A stretch of DNA of 64,000 nt. It comes from Polaromonas sp. Its GTDB lineage: Bacteria; Pseudomonadota; Gammaproteobacteria; Burkholderiales; Burkholderiaceae_C. Location: positions 1,913 through 65,912 of the forward strand of contig JAYVJL010000156.1 of assembly GCA_043769295.1 (NCBI GenBank), in the 5' to 3' direction. How positions within the stretch are numbered: the first letter of the stretch is position 1; each line of letters opens with the position of its first letter. The notes under the pieces were generated by a model. It was given only the letters and a program-made list of their open reading frames with translations, ran no database searches and had not been told where the DNA came from. The translations under genes and the position numbers were made by a program. Positions 1 to 11,062 of this stretch are shown one piece after another.

Positions 1-838
1 ATTCTCCGGTTGCAATAGCAGCATCTGCATCAAAACCGCCCTCTTTTTCTTGTGATGCCCCCTCAAAAACCCCATCCAGGAAAGCTATTTTCTTGATCTG
101 GAAGGTGTCTGTGAGTAAAAACGACACCCTTCCTCCCCAAGTCATGGCCAGTTTGGTCGGCACCTTGCCACTGGTGATGTGCAGCCGGACCTCGTCAATA
201 TCCAGGGCATGGCGTGAATAGCGCACCACGGCCTTGGTTTCGTCAGGTGATTTCAACTCGCACTCACGGTCAATCGTGAAGCCGGCAGGTGGCTCCTGGC
301 TGCTCAGCCATTCCGACATGGCCACAGCGCAGGAGGTTTGCGGGTTGATGGGCAAGAGTGAGAACCCGTCTAGACATTTCACCAAGTAAGTGATCACTTC
401 GTCTGCCTTGGCTTGGCTGACCGCGTCAATGGTCAACAGGGATGCTTTGGGATCGATCCACACCACGACAGCGCCCAGCTTGGTAAAAGCCATGGGTATC
501 AACGAAAGTTTGATGTCTTCTTTGATCTCCTTGGTCTCCCGCTTGCCCGGTTTGCGCCCCGTACCCGCCTCGATGGCAGCCAGTTGCTCCTTGGCTTTGC
601 GGTTGATCACCGAACTGGGCACGGCTTTGACCTCAATCATCAGCTTGAGCATGAGCTGCCCACCCACAGACTCGACCAGCGCGCCATTTGCCTCGCCCCG
701 TGGTTCCGTCCAGCCGACTGATTTTTCCTGGCTGGCACCACATTCAATATAGCGGGCAGCCTCTAAACCAGCCTCGATCAGTTCTAAATCAGCCGTCCAA
801 GTGGGGGCGATGCGGTAGATAAGCGCGTTTTTAAACAC
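1..838 (-). CDS. rdgC: Recombination-associated protein RdgC; C-terminal end cut by window edge
   Basis: Not in the ORF track because it runs off the window. My minus-strand translation from GTG at 838 reads VFKNALIYRIAPTWTADLELIEAGLEAARYIECGASQEKSVGWTEPRG..., a typical RdgC N-terminus. AAGG lies about 8 nt upstream. Plus-strand ORFs 390..752 and 413..721 are shadows. Confidence 0.8.
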   Translation of the reverse strand, partial: MFKNALIYRIAPTWTADLELIEAGLEAARYIECGASQEKSVGWTEPRGEANGALVESVGGQLMLKLMIEVKAVPSSVINRKAKEQLAAIEAGTGRKPGKRETKEIKEDIKLSLIPMAFTKLGAVVVWIDPKASLLTIDAVSQAKADEVITYLVKCLDGFSLLPINPQTSCAVAMSEWLSSQEPPAGFTIDRECELKSPDETKAVVRYSRHALDIDEVRLHITSGKVPTKLAMTWGGRVSFLLTDTFQIKKIAFLDGVFEGASQEKEGGFDADAAIATGE

Positions 839-1000
839 AGACAGCCTTTTTAATGGGGGGAATCGAAACAATGCAAGGAAGTGCAGCAGCGGCAAAGGCG
901 CAAAGCAGCCATAAAGCAGCTGCAAAGGCGCTATTGTCCGTGCGTTAGCCCTCGATTTTTAAAACCACGGCCATCAATTTTGTAAATCTACGTACAAATT

Positions 1001-1046
1001 GCTACAAATAAAATAGCAAATTAGGCAATAAATACGCCGGCTATAT
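1001..1046 (+). repeat. Dispersed ~45-bp AT-rich repeat, forward copy
   Basis: gctacaaataaaatagcaaattaggcaataaatacgccggctatat; 39-40 of 46 positions shared with the copies at 14688, 58300 and 59046 (hand alignment). Confidence 0.8.
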
Positions 1047-1090
1047 CTGTATTTGAAGGTATTTTTAGCTTTTTAAGTGATTTGACCCAT

Positions 1091-1117
1091 AAAAAAAGGC
1101 GCCAAGCGCCCTTTTTT
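1091..1117 (-). terminator. Rho-independent terminator after the phasin gene (A-run/T-run on both sides, possibly bidirectional)
   Basis: aaaaaaaGGCGCcaaGCGCCctttttt: GC stem flanked by an A7 run and a T6 run, 18 nt downstream of the phasin stop. Confidence 0.6.
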
Positions 1118-1134
1118 GAGATGTTGGTTTGAAA

Positions 1135-1698
1135 TTAAACAGTTTTACTTGGTGCAGCGCGCTTGGACGCAGCCTTAACTGCAGGTTTTGAAACTGATTT
1201 GACGGCTGGTTTGGCCACGGGAGCCTTGGCAACAACCGTTTTTTTAGCCGCAGGCGCAGCTGCTTTAACGGTTTTTGCCGGTTTTTTTTGAATTTGTTTG
1301 CTTAATTCGTCCACACGCTGGATCAATGCCTGCACGTCTTTTGCTGACGGCACACCCAGCTTATTCAGGGCTTTGGCGACGCGATCTTCAAAGATGTTTT
1401 CCAGCTTGTCCCACTGGCCGGTGGCTTTGGAGGTGATGCCGTTGGCCATGTCGGTCATTTTGCTGGTGGTTTCGGTGATTTTTTCTTCAGCGGCGGCTTG
1501 GGTTTTGCGCTGCAAGCCCAGACCGTCTTTGACCAGGTTTTCAAACACTTTGCCGCCTTCGGCTTGGGCTTTGGAGAAAGCGCCCAGACCAGCCAGCCAG
1601 ATTTGCTGCGCAGATTCTTTGACGCTGCTCGCCAGTTGCGCACCAGTGTGGGCGCTGGCAGCTTTTTCAGCGGATAGTTTTTTTAGTTTTTTGACCAT
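1135..1698 (-). CDS. Phasin-family PHA granule-associated protein with Lys/Ala/Pro-rich histone H1-like C-terminal tail
   Basis: The N-terminal part (QIWLAGLGAFSKAQAEGGKVFENLVKDG...VPSAKDVQALIQRVDELSKQI) matches the PhaF/PhaI-type phasin pattern. The C-terminus is AKP/KPAVK-rich. Confidence 0.8.
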   Translation of the reverse strand: MVKKLKKLSAEKAASAHTGAQLASSVKESAQQIWLAGLGAFSKAQAEGGKVFENLVKDGLGLQRKTQAAAEEKITETTSKMTDMANGITSKATGQWDKLENIFEDRVAKALNKLGVPSAKDVQALIQRVDELSKQIQKKPAKTVKAAAPAAKKTVVAKAPVAKPAVKSVSKPAVKAASKRAAPSKTV

Positions 1699-1908
1699 GT
1701 GGCCTCCTAGGGTAAATCAAACAACAATTCGCGCCGTGATGCGCCAAGACTGCACTGACTTTAACCGCCGTGATGCACCGTGTTTAGGTGCAGGATTCTA
1801 GAACGCTAGAGGTCTTTTACTAGGGAAAAGCACCCTCTACACGGGTTTATGCTTAATTCATCAGACACTAATTTAGGCAAAATGAACGCTTCTATTTGGA
1901 GTCCACAC

Positions 1909-3924
1909 ATGCACTATTTTGTAACCGGAGCTACCGGCTTCATTGGCAAACGACTGGTAAAGAAGCTGTTAGAGCGCAAAGGTGCTGTCGTTCATTTCTT
2001 GATCCGCAAGGAAAGCGATAGCAAGGTTGCTGGTTTGCGTGACTATTGGGGAGTAGGTGGGGCAGTGGATGCCAAGCGCGCTATCCCCGTTTACGGCGAT
2101 TTGACCAGCAAGAAACTGGGTGTTTCCGTCGATGCAGTGAAGACACTGAAAGGCAAAATCGACCATTTTTACCACTTGGCAGCGGTGTATGACCTGAGCG
2201 CCGACGAAGCCAGCCAGATCGCCGTCAACATCGACGGCACCCGCAACACCATTGAGTTTGCCAAGGCCATCGACGTGGGGCATTTTCACCACGTCAGCAG
2301 CATTGCGGCGGCGGGCTTGTACGAAGGCGTGTTCCGTGAGGACATGTTTGATGAGGCTGAAAACTACGACCACCCTTACTTCAAAACCAAACACGAAAGC
2401 GAAAAAATCGTCCGTAAAGAGTACAAAAGCGCTTGGACGGTGTACCGCCCCGCCTTTGTAGTGGGCGACAGCACCACCGGCGAGATGGACAAGGTGGACG
2501 GCCCCTACTATTTCTTCAAGCTCATTCAGCGCATGCGCCAAATTTTGCCACCGTGGATGCCATCGGTCGGCATCGAGGGCGGACGCATCAACATCGTTCC
2601 GGTGGATTTCGTGGTCAACAGCATTGACCATGTCAGCCACGCCAAGGACAGCAAAGACATCAAGGGCAAAGCCTTCCACATCGTCGACCCCATGGGCTAC
2701 CGCGTGGGCGACGTGCTGGACATCTTCAGCAAAGCGGCACATGCCCCGAAGATGAATCTGTTCATCAACGCGGCTTTGCTGGGCTTTATCCCCAAAAGCG
2801 TGAAAAAAGGCATGATGGCGCTCGCCCCCGTGCGTCGTGTGCGCAACGCCATCATGAAAGACTTGGATCTGCCCGAAGACATCTTCGAGTTTGTCAATTG
2901 GCCGACACGTTATGACAGGCGCGAGCTGGACGCCGCCCTCAAAGGCAGCGGCATTGAATGTCCCAACTTGAAAGACTACGCCTGGGTGCTGTGGGATTAT
3001 TGGGAGCGTCACCTCGACCCAGCGCTGTTCATCGACCGCACCCTTAAAGGCACGGTCGGCGGCAAAGTGGTGCTCGTCACCGGCGGCTCGTCCGGCATTG
3101 GCTTATCGGCTGCCTGCCGATTTGCCGAGGCTGGCGCGATCACCATCATCTGCGCGCGTGGCGAAGAGCAGTTGGCAGAAGCCAAGAAAACTATTCAAGA
3201 AGCAGCGGGTAAAGACACCAAAGTCTTCACCTATTCCGTCGATATCGTCGATGAAGCGCAATGCGCCGAATTTGTGCAAAAGCTGGAGGCAAACCACGGT
3301 GGCGTGGATTTCTTGATCAACAACGCCGGCCGCTCCATCCGCCGCGCGATTGAAGCCAGTTATGACCGCTTCCATGACTTTGAGCGCACCATGGCATTGA
3401 ACTACTTCGGCGCGCTACGCATCACCATGGGTTTGCTGCCCGGCATGGTGGCGAAACGCAAGGGGCATATCGTCAACATCAGCTCCATCAGCGTGCTGGT
3501 CAATGCGCCGCGCTTTTCAGCCTATGTCGCCAGCAAAGCCGCGCTGGACGCCTGGACCAACTGCGCGGCCTGCGAATATGCCGACCAAGGCGTCACCTTC
3601 ACCACCATCAAAATGCCCTTGGTACGCACACCGATGACGGCACCAACCAAGATCTACGACAGCATGCCGCTGTTGATGCCCGAAGAAGCGGCAGACATGA
3701 TCATCCGCGCCTGCGTCGAAAAACCCGTCGAAATAGCCACCCGTTTGGGCACCTCGGTCGGTCTGCTGCACGTTGCGGCCCCGCGCGTGGCGCAAATCTT
3801 GATGAACACGACTTTCCGCATGTTCCCGGACAGCGCGGCCGCCAAGGGCGACAAGAGCGGCAAACCCACATTGTCACCCGAGGCAATTGCCATGTCACAG
3901 ATGATGCAGGGGATTCATTTCTGA
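1909..3924 (+). CDS. Two-domain fatty acyl-CoA/aldehyde reductase (N-terminal NAD-binding reductase domain plus C-terminal SDR domain)
   Basis: MHYFVTGATGFIGKRL..HFHHVSSIAAAGL..YFKTKHESEKIVR..GEMDKVDGPYYFFKLIQ..INIVPVDFVV, then VVLVTGGSSGIGL..NNAGRSIRR..SAYVASKAALDA. Close to my memory of the Marinobacter Maqu_2507-type reductase. Start moved to the ATG at 1909, which has GGAG 7 nt upstream; the track ORF starts at 1849. Confidence 0.8.
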   Translation: MHYFVTGATGFIGKRLVKKLLERKGAVVHFLIRKESDSKVAGLRDYWGVGGAVDAKRAIPVYGDLTSKKLGVSVDAVKTLKGKIDHFYHLAAVYDLSADEASQIAVNIDGTRNTIEFAKAIDVGHFHHVSSIAAAGLYEGVFREDMFDEAENYDHPYFKTKHESEKIVRKEYKSAWTVYRPAFVVGDSTTGEMDKVDGPYYFFKLIQRMRQILPPWMPSVGIEGGRINIVPVDFVVNSIDHVSHAKDSKDIKGKAFHIVDPMGYRVGDVLDIFSKAAHAPKMNLFINAALLGFIPKSVKKGMMALAPVRRVRNAIMKDLDLPEDIFEFVNWPTRYDRRELDAALKGSGIECPNLKDYAWVLWDYWERHLDPALFIDRTLKGTVGGKVVLVTGGSSGIGLSAACRFAEAGAITIICARGEEQLAEAKKTIQEAAGKDTKVFTYSVDIVDEAQCAEFVQKLEANHGGVDFLINNAGRSIRRAIEASYDRFHDFERTMALNYFGALRITMGLLPGMVAKRKGHIVNISSISVLVNAPRFSAYVASKAALDAWTNCAACEYADQGVTFTTIKMPLVRTPMTAPTKIYDSMPLLMPEEAADMIIRACVEKPVEIATRLGTSVGLLHVAAPRVAQILMNTTFRMFPDSAAAKGDKSGKPTLSPEAIAMSQMMQGIHF

Positions 3925-3955
3925 TCCAAAGCGACCAGAAACCAGCATTTTTTAC

Positions 3956-3982
3956 AAAAAGCGTCTTCGGGTGCTTTTTTTT
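3956..3982 (+). terminator. Probable rho-independent terminator
   Basis: aaaaagcgtcttcgggtgcttttttt: imperfect stem (G-U pairs) followed by a T-run, 32 nt after the reductase stop. Confidence 0.5.
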
Positions 3983-4080
3983 GGGCTTTTTTGCGCACTC
4001 AAAGCGGCGATAATGCAAAGGTGAGTTGGTTCACGCCCGACCAGCATAGCGATTAACACAACACTTTCTGGGAATTCAGC

Positions 4081-5157
4081 ATGATTTTGGTGACTGGCGG
4101 TGCAGGCTTCATTGGAGCTAACTTTGTCCTTGATTGGCTATCTGCCCATAATGAAGAGGTGGTGACGCTGGACAAACTCACCTATGCGGGCAATTTGGAG
4201 AACTTGTCCTCACTCGCCAACGACAAGCGCCACACCTTCGTTCAAGGCGACATCGGCGACTCGGCTTTGGTGACGTCTTTGCTGGCCAAGTACCAACCGC
4301 GTGCTGTGCTCAATTTTGCAGCGGAGTCGCATGTGGACCGCTCGATCCATGGGCCTGAAGACTTTATCCAGACCAATATTGTGAGCACGTTTCACCTGCT
4401 GGAAGCGGTGCGCGCCTATTTTGGCCAACTGGAAGGCGCTGCCAAGTCCAACTTTCGGCTGCTGCATGTGTCGACCGATGAGGTGTACGGTTCGCTCGCG
4501 CCCAAAGAGCCCGCCTTTACCGAAAAGCACCAGTACGAGCCGAACAGCCCGTATTCAGCCAGCAAAGCCGCGAGCGACCACCTGGTCCGGGCCTACCACC
4601 ACACCTATGGGCTACCGGTGCTGACCACCAATTGCAGCAACAACTACGGCCCCTACCATTTCCCTGAAAAGCTCATCCCGCTGATGATTGTGAACGCCTT
4701 GGCAGGTAAAAACCTGCCAATTTACGGCGACGGCCAGCAAATCCGCGATTGGCTGTACGTCAAAGACCATTGCAGCGCCATTCGCCGTGTTTTAGAAGCG
4801 GGCAAACTGGGCGAGACCTACAATATCGGTGGCTGGAATGAGAAGCCGAACGTAGATATCGTCAACACCATCTGCCAATTACTCAACGAGTTCACGCCCA
4901 GAGCCGACGGCAAGAGCTATGCAGAGCAGATTACTTACGTCACCGACCGCGCTGGCCACGATCGCCGCTACGCCATTGACGCCAGCAAGATTGAACGCGA
5001 ACTGGGCTGGAAGCCGGTCGAAACCTTTGAAACAGGCATCCGCAAAACAGTTCAATGGTATTTGACCAACCCAGACTGGGTCACCCATGTGCAAAACGGC
5101 AGCTACCGCGACTGGGTGAGCAAACAATACGCCGGTTCTGCACAGATAGCGGCATGA
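4081..5157 (+). CDS. rfbB: dTDP-glucose 4,6-dehydratase
   Basis: [59 protein letters not shown]. Confidence 0.95.
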   Translation: MILVTGGAGFIGANFVLDWLSAHNEEVVTLDKLTYAGNLENLSSLANDKRHTFVQGDIGDSALVTSLLAKYQPRAVLNFAAESHVDRSIHGPEDFIQTNIVSTFHLLEAVRAYFGQLEGAAKSNFRLLHVSTDEVYGSLAPKEPAFTEKHQYEPNSPYSASKAASDHLVRAYHHTYGLPVLTTNCSNNYGPYHFPEKLIPLMIVNALAGKNLPIYGDGQQIRDWLYVKDHCSAIRRVLEAGKLGETYNIGGWNEKPNVDIVNTICQLLNEFTPRADGKSYAEQITYVTDRAGHDRRYAIDASKIERELGWKPVETFETGIRKTVQWYLTNPDWVTHVQNGSYRDWVSKQYAGSAQIAA

Positions 5158-6056
5158 CCACACCTCTGAAAATCCTGCTGTTTGGCAAAGGCGGTCAGGT
5201 CGGCTGGGAGCTGCAGCGCAGTCTGGCACCGCTGGGCGAGGTCGTTGCCGTTGATTTTGACAGTACCGATTTGTGTGGCGACTTCACCAATCCTGCCGGT
5301 TTGGCCGAAACAGTGCGCCAGGTCAAACCCAGCATCATCGTCAACGCGGCAGCCCACACCGCTGTGGACAAAGCCGAGTCTGAGCCTGAGCTGGCGCGCA
5401 CCATCAATGCAACCGCGCCCGGCATCATCGCTCAAGAGGCGCAGCGTCTGGGCTGCTGGATGGTGCATTACTCGACCGATTACGTGTTTGATGGCTCTGG
5501 CGAGCAGGCCTGGACAGAGTCTGACCAGCCCGCGCCACTGAGTGTGTATGGTCAAACCAAATGGGAAGGCGAGCAGTTGGTTGCCGCCAATTGCAGCAAA
5601 CACCTGATCTTCAGGACCAGCTGGGTCTACGCGGCACGTGGTGGTAATTTTGCCAAAACCATGCTACGACTGGCCAAAGAACGTGACAGTTTGAGCGTGA
5701 TTGACGATCAAATCGGCGCACCTACAGGGGCAGACTTGCTGGCCGACATCACCACGCTGGCCTTGCGTCAGGCCCAAACGCAGCCCGATCTGGCAGGTCT
5801 GTACCACCTGGTCGCCAGCGGCCATACCTCATGGCATGGCTATGCGTCGCTGGTGATTGAACAGGCACGGCAAGCAGGCATTCCGCTTAAAACACCTCAA
5901 AATGCTATACATAAGATAGCAACTAAGGCATACCCTACGCCGGCTAGACGTCCAATTAACTCAAAATTGGACACTTCCAAGCTGCAGGCAGCCTTTCAGG
6001 TGCATTTACCGGCTTGGCAGCAGGGCGTGACCCGCATGTTGGCTGAAATCATCTGA
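5154..6056 (+). CDS. rfbD: dTDP-4-dehydrorhamnose reductase
   Basis: [57 protein letters not shown]. The ATG at 5154 overlaps the rfbB stop (ATGA). The track ORF from 5055 is an upstream extension. Confidence 0.9.
   Translation: MTTPLKILLFGKGGQVGWELQRSLAPLGEVVAVDFDSTDLCGDFTNPAGLAETVRQVKPSIIVNAAAHTAVDKAESEPELARTINATAPGIIAQEAQRLGCWMVHYSTDYVFDGSGEQAWTESDQPAPLSVYGQTKWEGEQLVAANCSKHLIFRTSWVYAARGGNFAKTMLRLAKERDSLSVIDDQIGAPTGADLLADITTLALRQAQTQPDLAGLYHLVASGHTSWHGYASLVIEQARQAGIPLKTPQNAIHKIATKAYPTPARRPINSKLDTSKLQAAFQVHLPAWQQGVTRMLAEII
5904..5946 (+). repeat. Segment resembling the dispersed ~45-bp repeat, inside the rfbD coding sequence
   Basis: gctatacataagatagcaactaaggcataccctacgccggcta, in an AT-rich patch of a GC-rich gene; read in frame as [14 protein letters not shown]. 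Confidence 0.4.
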
Positions 6057-6105
6057 TCAAGACCTTCTTCAAGTAACCCGTCAATTTTAGCTACCTCCTC
6101 TTGCC

Positions 6106-7020
6106 ATGACACAAATGAAGCAAAAACAAGTCTCAAGTACGCGCAAAGGCATCATCCTCGCGGGTGGCTCAGGCACCCGTTTGCACCCTGCCACCTTGGC
6201 GCTGAGCAAACAATTGCTGCCGGTGTACGACAAACCGATGATCTATTACCCGCTCAGCACCCTGATGCTGGCGGGAATGCGCGATGTGCTCATCATCAGC
6301 ACGCCACAGGACACACCACGGTTTCAACAACTGTTGGGTGATGGCAGCCAGTGGGGCATGAACCTGCAATATGCAGTGCAGCCCAGCCCGGACGGCTTGG
6401 CACAGGCTTTCATCATCGGCGAGCAGTTTGTCGGCAACTCCTCCAGCGCGCTCGTGTTGGGTGACAACATTTTTTATGGCCACGACTTTGCACACCTCTT
6501 GTCTGGTGCAGATGCCAACGACGCTGGCGCGACCGTGTTTGCCTACCATGTGCATGACCCTGAGCGCTACGGCGTGGTTGCCTTTGACGCTGCCGGCAAA
6601 GCCACCAGCATTGAAGAGAAACCGCTCAAGCCTAAAAGCAACTACGCGGTGACTGGCTTGTACTTTTACGACAACCAGGTCGTTGATATCGCCAAATCCG
6701 TCAAACCCAGCGCGCGTGGCGAGCTGGAAATCACCACGGTGAACCAAACCTACCTGGAGCGCGGCAAACTGAATGTGCAAATCATGCAGCGCGGCTATGC
6801 TTGGCTGGACACAGGCACGCATGACAGCTTGTTGGAAGCGAGCCAATTTATTTCGACCTTGGAGCATCGCCAAGGCTTGAAAATCGCCTGTCCTGAAGAA
6901 ATCGCCTGGCGCAACGGCTTTATCTCCAGCGAACAAGTTGCAAAGCTGGCGCAGCCCTTGGCAAAAAATGGCTACGGACAATACCTGCTGCGCATGCTGA
7001 AAGAAGACTCACCCGCATGA
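6106..7020 (+). CDS. rfbA: Glucose-1-phosphate thymidylyltransferase
   Basis: [71 protein letters not shown]. Confidence 0.95.
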   Translation: MTQMKQKQVSSTRKGIILAGGSGTRLHPATLALSKQLLPVYDKPMIYYPLSTLMLAGMRDVLIISTPQDTPRFQQLLGDGSQWGMNLQYAVQPSPDGLAQAFIIGEQFVGNSSSALVLGDNIFYGHDFAHLLSGADANDAGATVFAYHVHDPERYGVVAFDAAGKATSIEEKPLKPKSNYAVTGLYFYDNQVVDIAKSVKPSARGELEITTVNQTYLERGKLNVQIMQRGYAWLDTGTHDSLLEASQFISTLEHRQGLKIACPEEIAWRNGFISSEQVAKLAQPLAKNGYGQYLLRMLKEDSPA

Positions 7021-7562
7021 AAGTAACGCCTACCGCGATCCCAGACGTTCTCATCCTTGAACCCAAGGTGTTCGGCGACCAGCGCGGCTTTTTCTTTGAA
7101 AGCTTCAACCAGCAGGTCTTCAATGAAGCCACGGGCTTGGACGTGCATTTTGTGCAAGACAACCACTCACGGTCAGCGCACGGCGTGCTGCGTGGGTTGC
7201 ACTATCAAATCTCTCAACCCCAAGGCAAACTGGTCCGCGTTGCCAGTGGTGAGGTGCTGGACGTTGCTGTAGATATTCGTCAATCCTCAGCCACTTTTGG
7301 CAAATGGGTCAGCGTGTTACTCACTGGTGAAAACCACCGCCAGCTCTGGGTGCCACCGGGTTTCGCACATGGTTTTGTGGTTTTGTCTGAAACCGCCGAT
7401 TTTCTTTACAAAACAACAGACTATTACGCACCCCAATTTGAGCGCGCTGTTTTGTGGAATGACCCGGCTCTCGGGATCGACTGGCAATTGAAGACAGAGC
7501 CCAAGCTTTCAGCCAAAGACATGCTGGGTCTGCCTTTGGCGCAAGCACCCGTTTTTGCCTGA
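7017..7562 (+). CDS. rfbC: dTDP-4-dehydrorhamnose 3,5-epimerase
   Basis: [48 protein letters not shown]; start overlaps the rfbA stop (ATGA). Confidence 0.95.
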   Translation: MKVTPTAIPDVLILEPKVFGDQRGFFFESFNQQVFNEATGLDVHFVQDNHSRSAHGVLRGLHYQISQPQGKLVRVASGEVLDVAVDIRQSSATFGKWVSVLLTGENHRQLWVPPGFAHGFVVLSETADFLYKTTDYYAPQFERAVLWNDPALGIDWQLKTEPKLSAKDMLGLPLAQAPVFA

Positions 7563-7572
7563 CAGTTTGGGT

Positions 7573-8727
7573 ATGCGCATTCTCCAATTTGGGCGGTTTC
7601 ACAATGAACAGCAAAACGGTGGCGTTGAGCGACACCAACAGCTGCTTTGCAAGGGTTTGGCCGCACAAGGTTTGGATGTAGTCTATTTGGTCGCAGCGGC
7701 AGGCCTATCTGGCAGCGATGTGATGGTCGATGGCTATCGCTTGATTCAAACCGCGTCATTCGGTACCGCTTTCAGCACGGCACTGTCGCCTGCGCAAGTC
7801 TTCAAAGCCTTAGCCTTGCACAAAGAGAAGCCGTTTGATGTGCTGCACCTGCATTTTCCCAATCCCTTGGCGCACTTGGCATCCATGCTCTTCCCGGCCA
7901 ATGTCAAACGCGTCATCACCTGGCACAGTGACATAGTTCGGCAAAAACGGTTGCTTGCGATGTATTTGCCTTTCTTGCAAAGAGTAACACGCCAAGCAGA
8001 CGCCTTGGTTGCCGCTACACAGGCGCACTACAGCTCGTCCAACCAGATACCAGCTGACATTCCAGAGCGCAAACGACGCGTTATTCCCTTTGGCCTTGAC
8101 TTTGCCAGCTTGGACTTAACCCCGCATACAACGATGTTGGCTGCAAAGCTCAAAGCCCAAGCAAAGTACAAGCCTGTGATTTTTGCATTGGGACGCCATG
8201 TGTATTACAAAGGCTTCGACGTGCTGATTGAGGCGATGCAGCATATTGATGCGCAGCTCATCCTCGGGGGTAACGGACCTTTGCGACAGAGTCTGCAAGA
8301 CCAAGCTGAGAAGTCAGGCACCGGCAACAAAGTGACATTTACAGGCAGCATCCCCGAAGCGGATTTAGCGGCCTACTTTCACGCTTGCGATCTGTTTTGC
8401 CTGCCTTCGGTTGAACAAAGCGAAGCTTTTGGTTTGGTTCAACTCGAGGCGATGGCCTGCGCCAAGCCAGTGATCTGCACGCAGCTGAACAACGGCGTGA
8501 ATGTGCTCAATGTGCATGGAGAAACGGGTTTTGCTGTGCCTGTGCGTGACAGCAAGGCTTTGGCAGAACGAATCAACCAGCTGATCAATGACCCCGCCTT
8601 GCGACTGCAACTGGGTGAGCAAGCCCGCAGCCGTGCACTCAATGTCTACTCGCTACCGGCGATGACCGCTAGCCACATACGTTTGTATCAAGACCTGGTT
8701 CAACCCGGCAATAAGTCAGCAACTTAG
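7573..8727 (+). CDS. Glycosyltransferase family 4 (GT-B fold)
   Basis: The C-terminal half has the GT4 signature (LPSVEQSEAFGLVQLEAMACAKPVICT..GETGFAV). Start is ambiguous: TTG at 7555 or ATG at 7573. Confidence 0.8.
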   Translation: MRILQFGRFHNEQQNGGVERHQQLLCKGLAAQGLDVVYLVAAAGLSGSDVMVDGYRLIQTASFGTAFSTALSPAQVFKALALHKEKPFDVLHLHFPNPLAHLASMLFPANVKRVITWHSDIVRQKRLLAMYLPFLQRVTRQADALVAATQAHYSSSNQIPADIPERKRRVIPFGLDFASLDLTPHTTMLAAKLKAQAKYKPVIFALGRHVYYKGFDVLIEAMQHIDAQLILGGNGPLRQSLQDQAEKSGTGNKVTFTGSIPEADLAAYFHACDLFCLPSVEQSEAFGLVQLEAMACAKPVICTQLNNGVNVLNVHGETGFAVPVRDSKALAERINQLINDPALRLQLGEQARSRALNVYSLPAMTASHIRLYQDLVQPGNKSAT

Positions 8728-9854
8728 GCACGCATGTCACGATAAACGTCTTGTGTGCGTTGCGCTGTTTGTTGCCAGGTAAATTTTTCAGCTTGAATCA
8801 GCCCTTTGCTGATCAATAAATTTCTCATTTCAGGCTGCTCAACCATTTGCTGCATGGCATGTGCAATCTCCTCAACGGACAAAGGATTCACCATCACCGC
8901 CGCATCACCGACAATTTCCGGTAACGATGTGGTGTTGGAGGTGATGACGGGAATACCCGAAGCAAAACCTTCCAGCACGGGCAAACCGAAACCTTCATAA
9001 AGAGAAGGAAATACCAGTGCCTGAGCACACTGCAGCAACGAAAACAAGTCTTGCCGTGGCACATACTTGAGCCACCGGCCAAAGCCATCCGCTTCAAGCT
9101 GCGCCAAGGTAAGCATCAGCTCATATGTGCGCCATCCATTTTGACCCACTACAACCAAGGGATGCTGCTTGCGTACATGTATAGGCAGCAAGGCATGGGC
9201 CTGGATAATTCTTGCCACATTTTTACGCGGCTGCAAGGTGCCTACTGCGATGAAATAGCCAGGACACAGGTCGTATTTAACCAGCGTGGCCGCCTTGACA
9301 TCCGCAGCAACAGGTTTGAAATAATCTTCGCTGACACCCAACGGGATGGAGGTGATCTTGGGCCCGCCGTGACCCAGCCAATCGGCAATATCGGCAGCCG
9401 AATAATCCGAGATGGTGATGATGTGATCAGCCCAACCAACCGCCTTCTTGAACAAGGCATTCTTGAAATGCCGCAGACTCGGATTCACCCATTCCGGGTG
9501 CCGGATACCAATCACATCCATGATGGTCGCGACAACTGGCGTGCGGCGTAGCTTGGGTATGTAATGGTCAGTCGCATGAAAAAGATCAATGCGTGACTCC
9601 AAACCTTTCGCCCCAAAAAACGGCAAACCCGTAGCAGCGGAAGTCGCTGCCGCTGCAGAGTACACCATGGGCAATGCATAGCCATCAGGTATGACCCCTG
9701 CAAATTTACGACCGAACACCACACGAACCGGTGCTTCCTCCTCGTTTGTAGAAAAACCATGCTTGAGCAATTCGGTGGTGTACGTGCCGATGCCGTCCAT
9801 ATGTCCACTGAGTTGGCCACGTGCCAAGGCAGTGCAACCGATGCCCAGTCTCAT
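8724..9854 (-). CDS. Glycosyltransferase family 4
   Basis: FPSLYEGFGLPVLEGFASGIPVITSNTTSLPEIVGDAAVMVNP, a typical GT4 E-X7-E region. Confidence 0.8.
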   Translation of the reverse strand: MRLGIGCTALARGQLSGHMDGIGTYTTELLKHGFSTNEEEAPVRVVFGRKFAGVIPDGYALPMVYSAAAATSAATGLPFFGAKGLESRIDLFHATDHYIPKLRRTPVVATIMDVIGIRHPEWVNPSLRHFKNALFKKAVGWADHIITISDYSAADIADWLGHGGPKITSIPLGVSEDYFKPVAADVKAATLVKYDLCPGYFIAVGTLQPRKNVARIIQAHALLPIHVRKQHPLVVVGQNGWRTYELMLTLAQLEADGFGRWLKYVPRQDLFSLLQCAQALVFPSLYEGFGLPVLEGFASGIPVITSNTTSLPEIVGDAAVMVNPLSVEEIAHAMQQMVEQPEMRNLLISKGLIQAEKFTWQQTAQRTQDVYRDMRA

Positions 9855-9902
9855 GACGAGCGCCCAGGTACTGCCATCATCATTGATGCATGAATTTTCA
9901 CG

Positions 9903-11062
9903 TCAATCCTTGGCCAAAACTTGGCGATAAGCCGCTGAGGTCTGCGTGACACAACGCTCCCACGAAAACAAACGGCTGCGTTCAAGTGATTTTGCTGCAA
10001 GCGTGTTTCGAAACTCCGAATCTTCCACCATCTGTGTCATCGCTTGTGCCAAAGCCGACACATCGCTCGGGTCGATCAACACCCCACTATCCCCAACCAC
10101 CTCGGGCAACGACGAGACATTGCTGCTGATGACGGGCACAGCGCTGGACATGGCCTCCAGCGGAGGCAGACCAAAACCTTCATATATGGATGGGTAAATC
10201 AAACACAAAGCACCAGAGATGACCGTCGCCAAATCCTCACGCGGCAGATACCCCAGCACTCTGATTTGACCGGCGGCGACCAAGGGTGCCATTTGCCGCT
10301 CTAATATGGATGTCAGCCAGCCCTTCATCCCAACCAGGACCAAGGGATAGCGCTCCCGGGTCGCAGCGGACAGGCCTCGATAAGCCTCTAAAGCAATGCC
10401 CAAATTTTTTCGGGGCTCTAAAGTACCTACCGCCAACAAATACCGACCATGTACAAGACCTTGTTGGCCCAAAACCATGGACGTTTCTTCGCTGGACCTG
10501 GGATGAAACATGGCTTCCGCACCCAATGGAATTGACTTGATCCGATCTGAAGGCGTGCCAAACAATGCCATCAAATCTTGTTTGACGAACTCAGAGTCAG
10601 TCAAAACCAGACTAGCCCGCTCCAAACTTGGTTGAAAATACCGGTTCATCTCTGCCACACGCTCTTTGGGATGTGTTTGCGCATAGCGAATCCATGACAA
10701 ATCATGTACCGTAATCACCGACGGTGCATCGCACCTGTAAGCCAAAAAATTGGGTTCATGGTACAGATCCACTTTCTTCTGACGACAACCTTGCGAAAAA
10801 CTGCGCTGTCGCCAATAACGGCTCAGGTTGTATCGCGCTGCATCAGGGATATTTTTTTTAACGCTCGAACGCAATGCTGAACGCCAGTTGGTTTGACCAT
10901 GTACGATTTCGCTCGCCTCTTGCACATCTTGACGCCATGCGCCAGCATAAAAGAAGTGCATATCCAAGGCGGGTTCTGCCTGCAAACCCTTGGCCAAATG
11001 GTAAATGTATTGCCCAATACCAGTCAAAGGAGACAACAGCGGCGAGGCATTGAAAGCGACTC

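Noticed and set aside
390-752. Plus-strand ORFs 390..752 and 413..721
   Set aside because: They lie inside the minus-strand rdgC reading frame, which translates into a recognisable RdgC sequence over the whole 1..838 interval.
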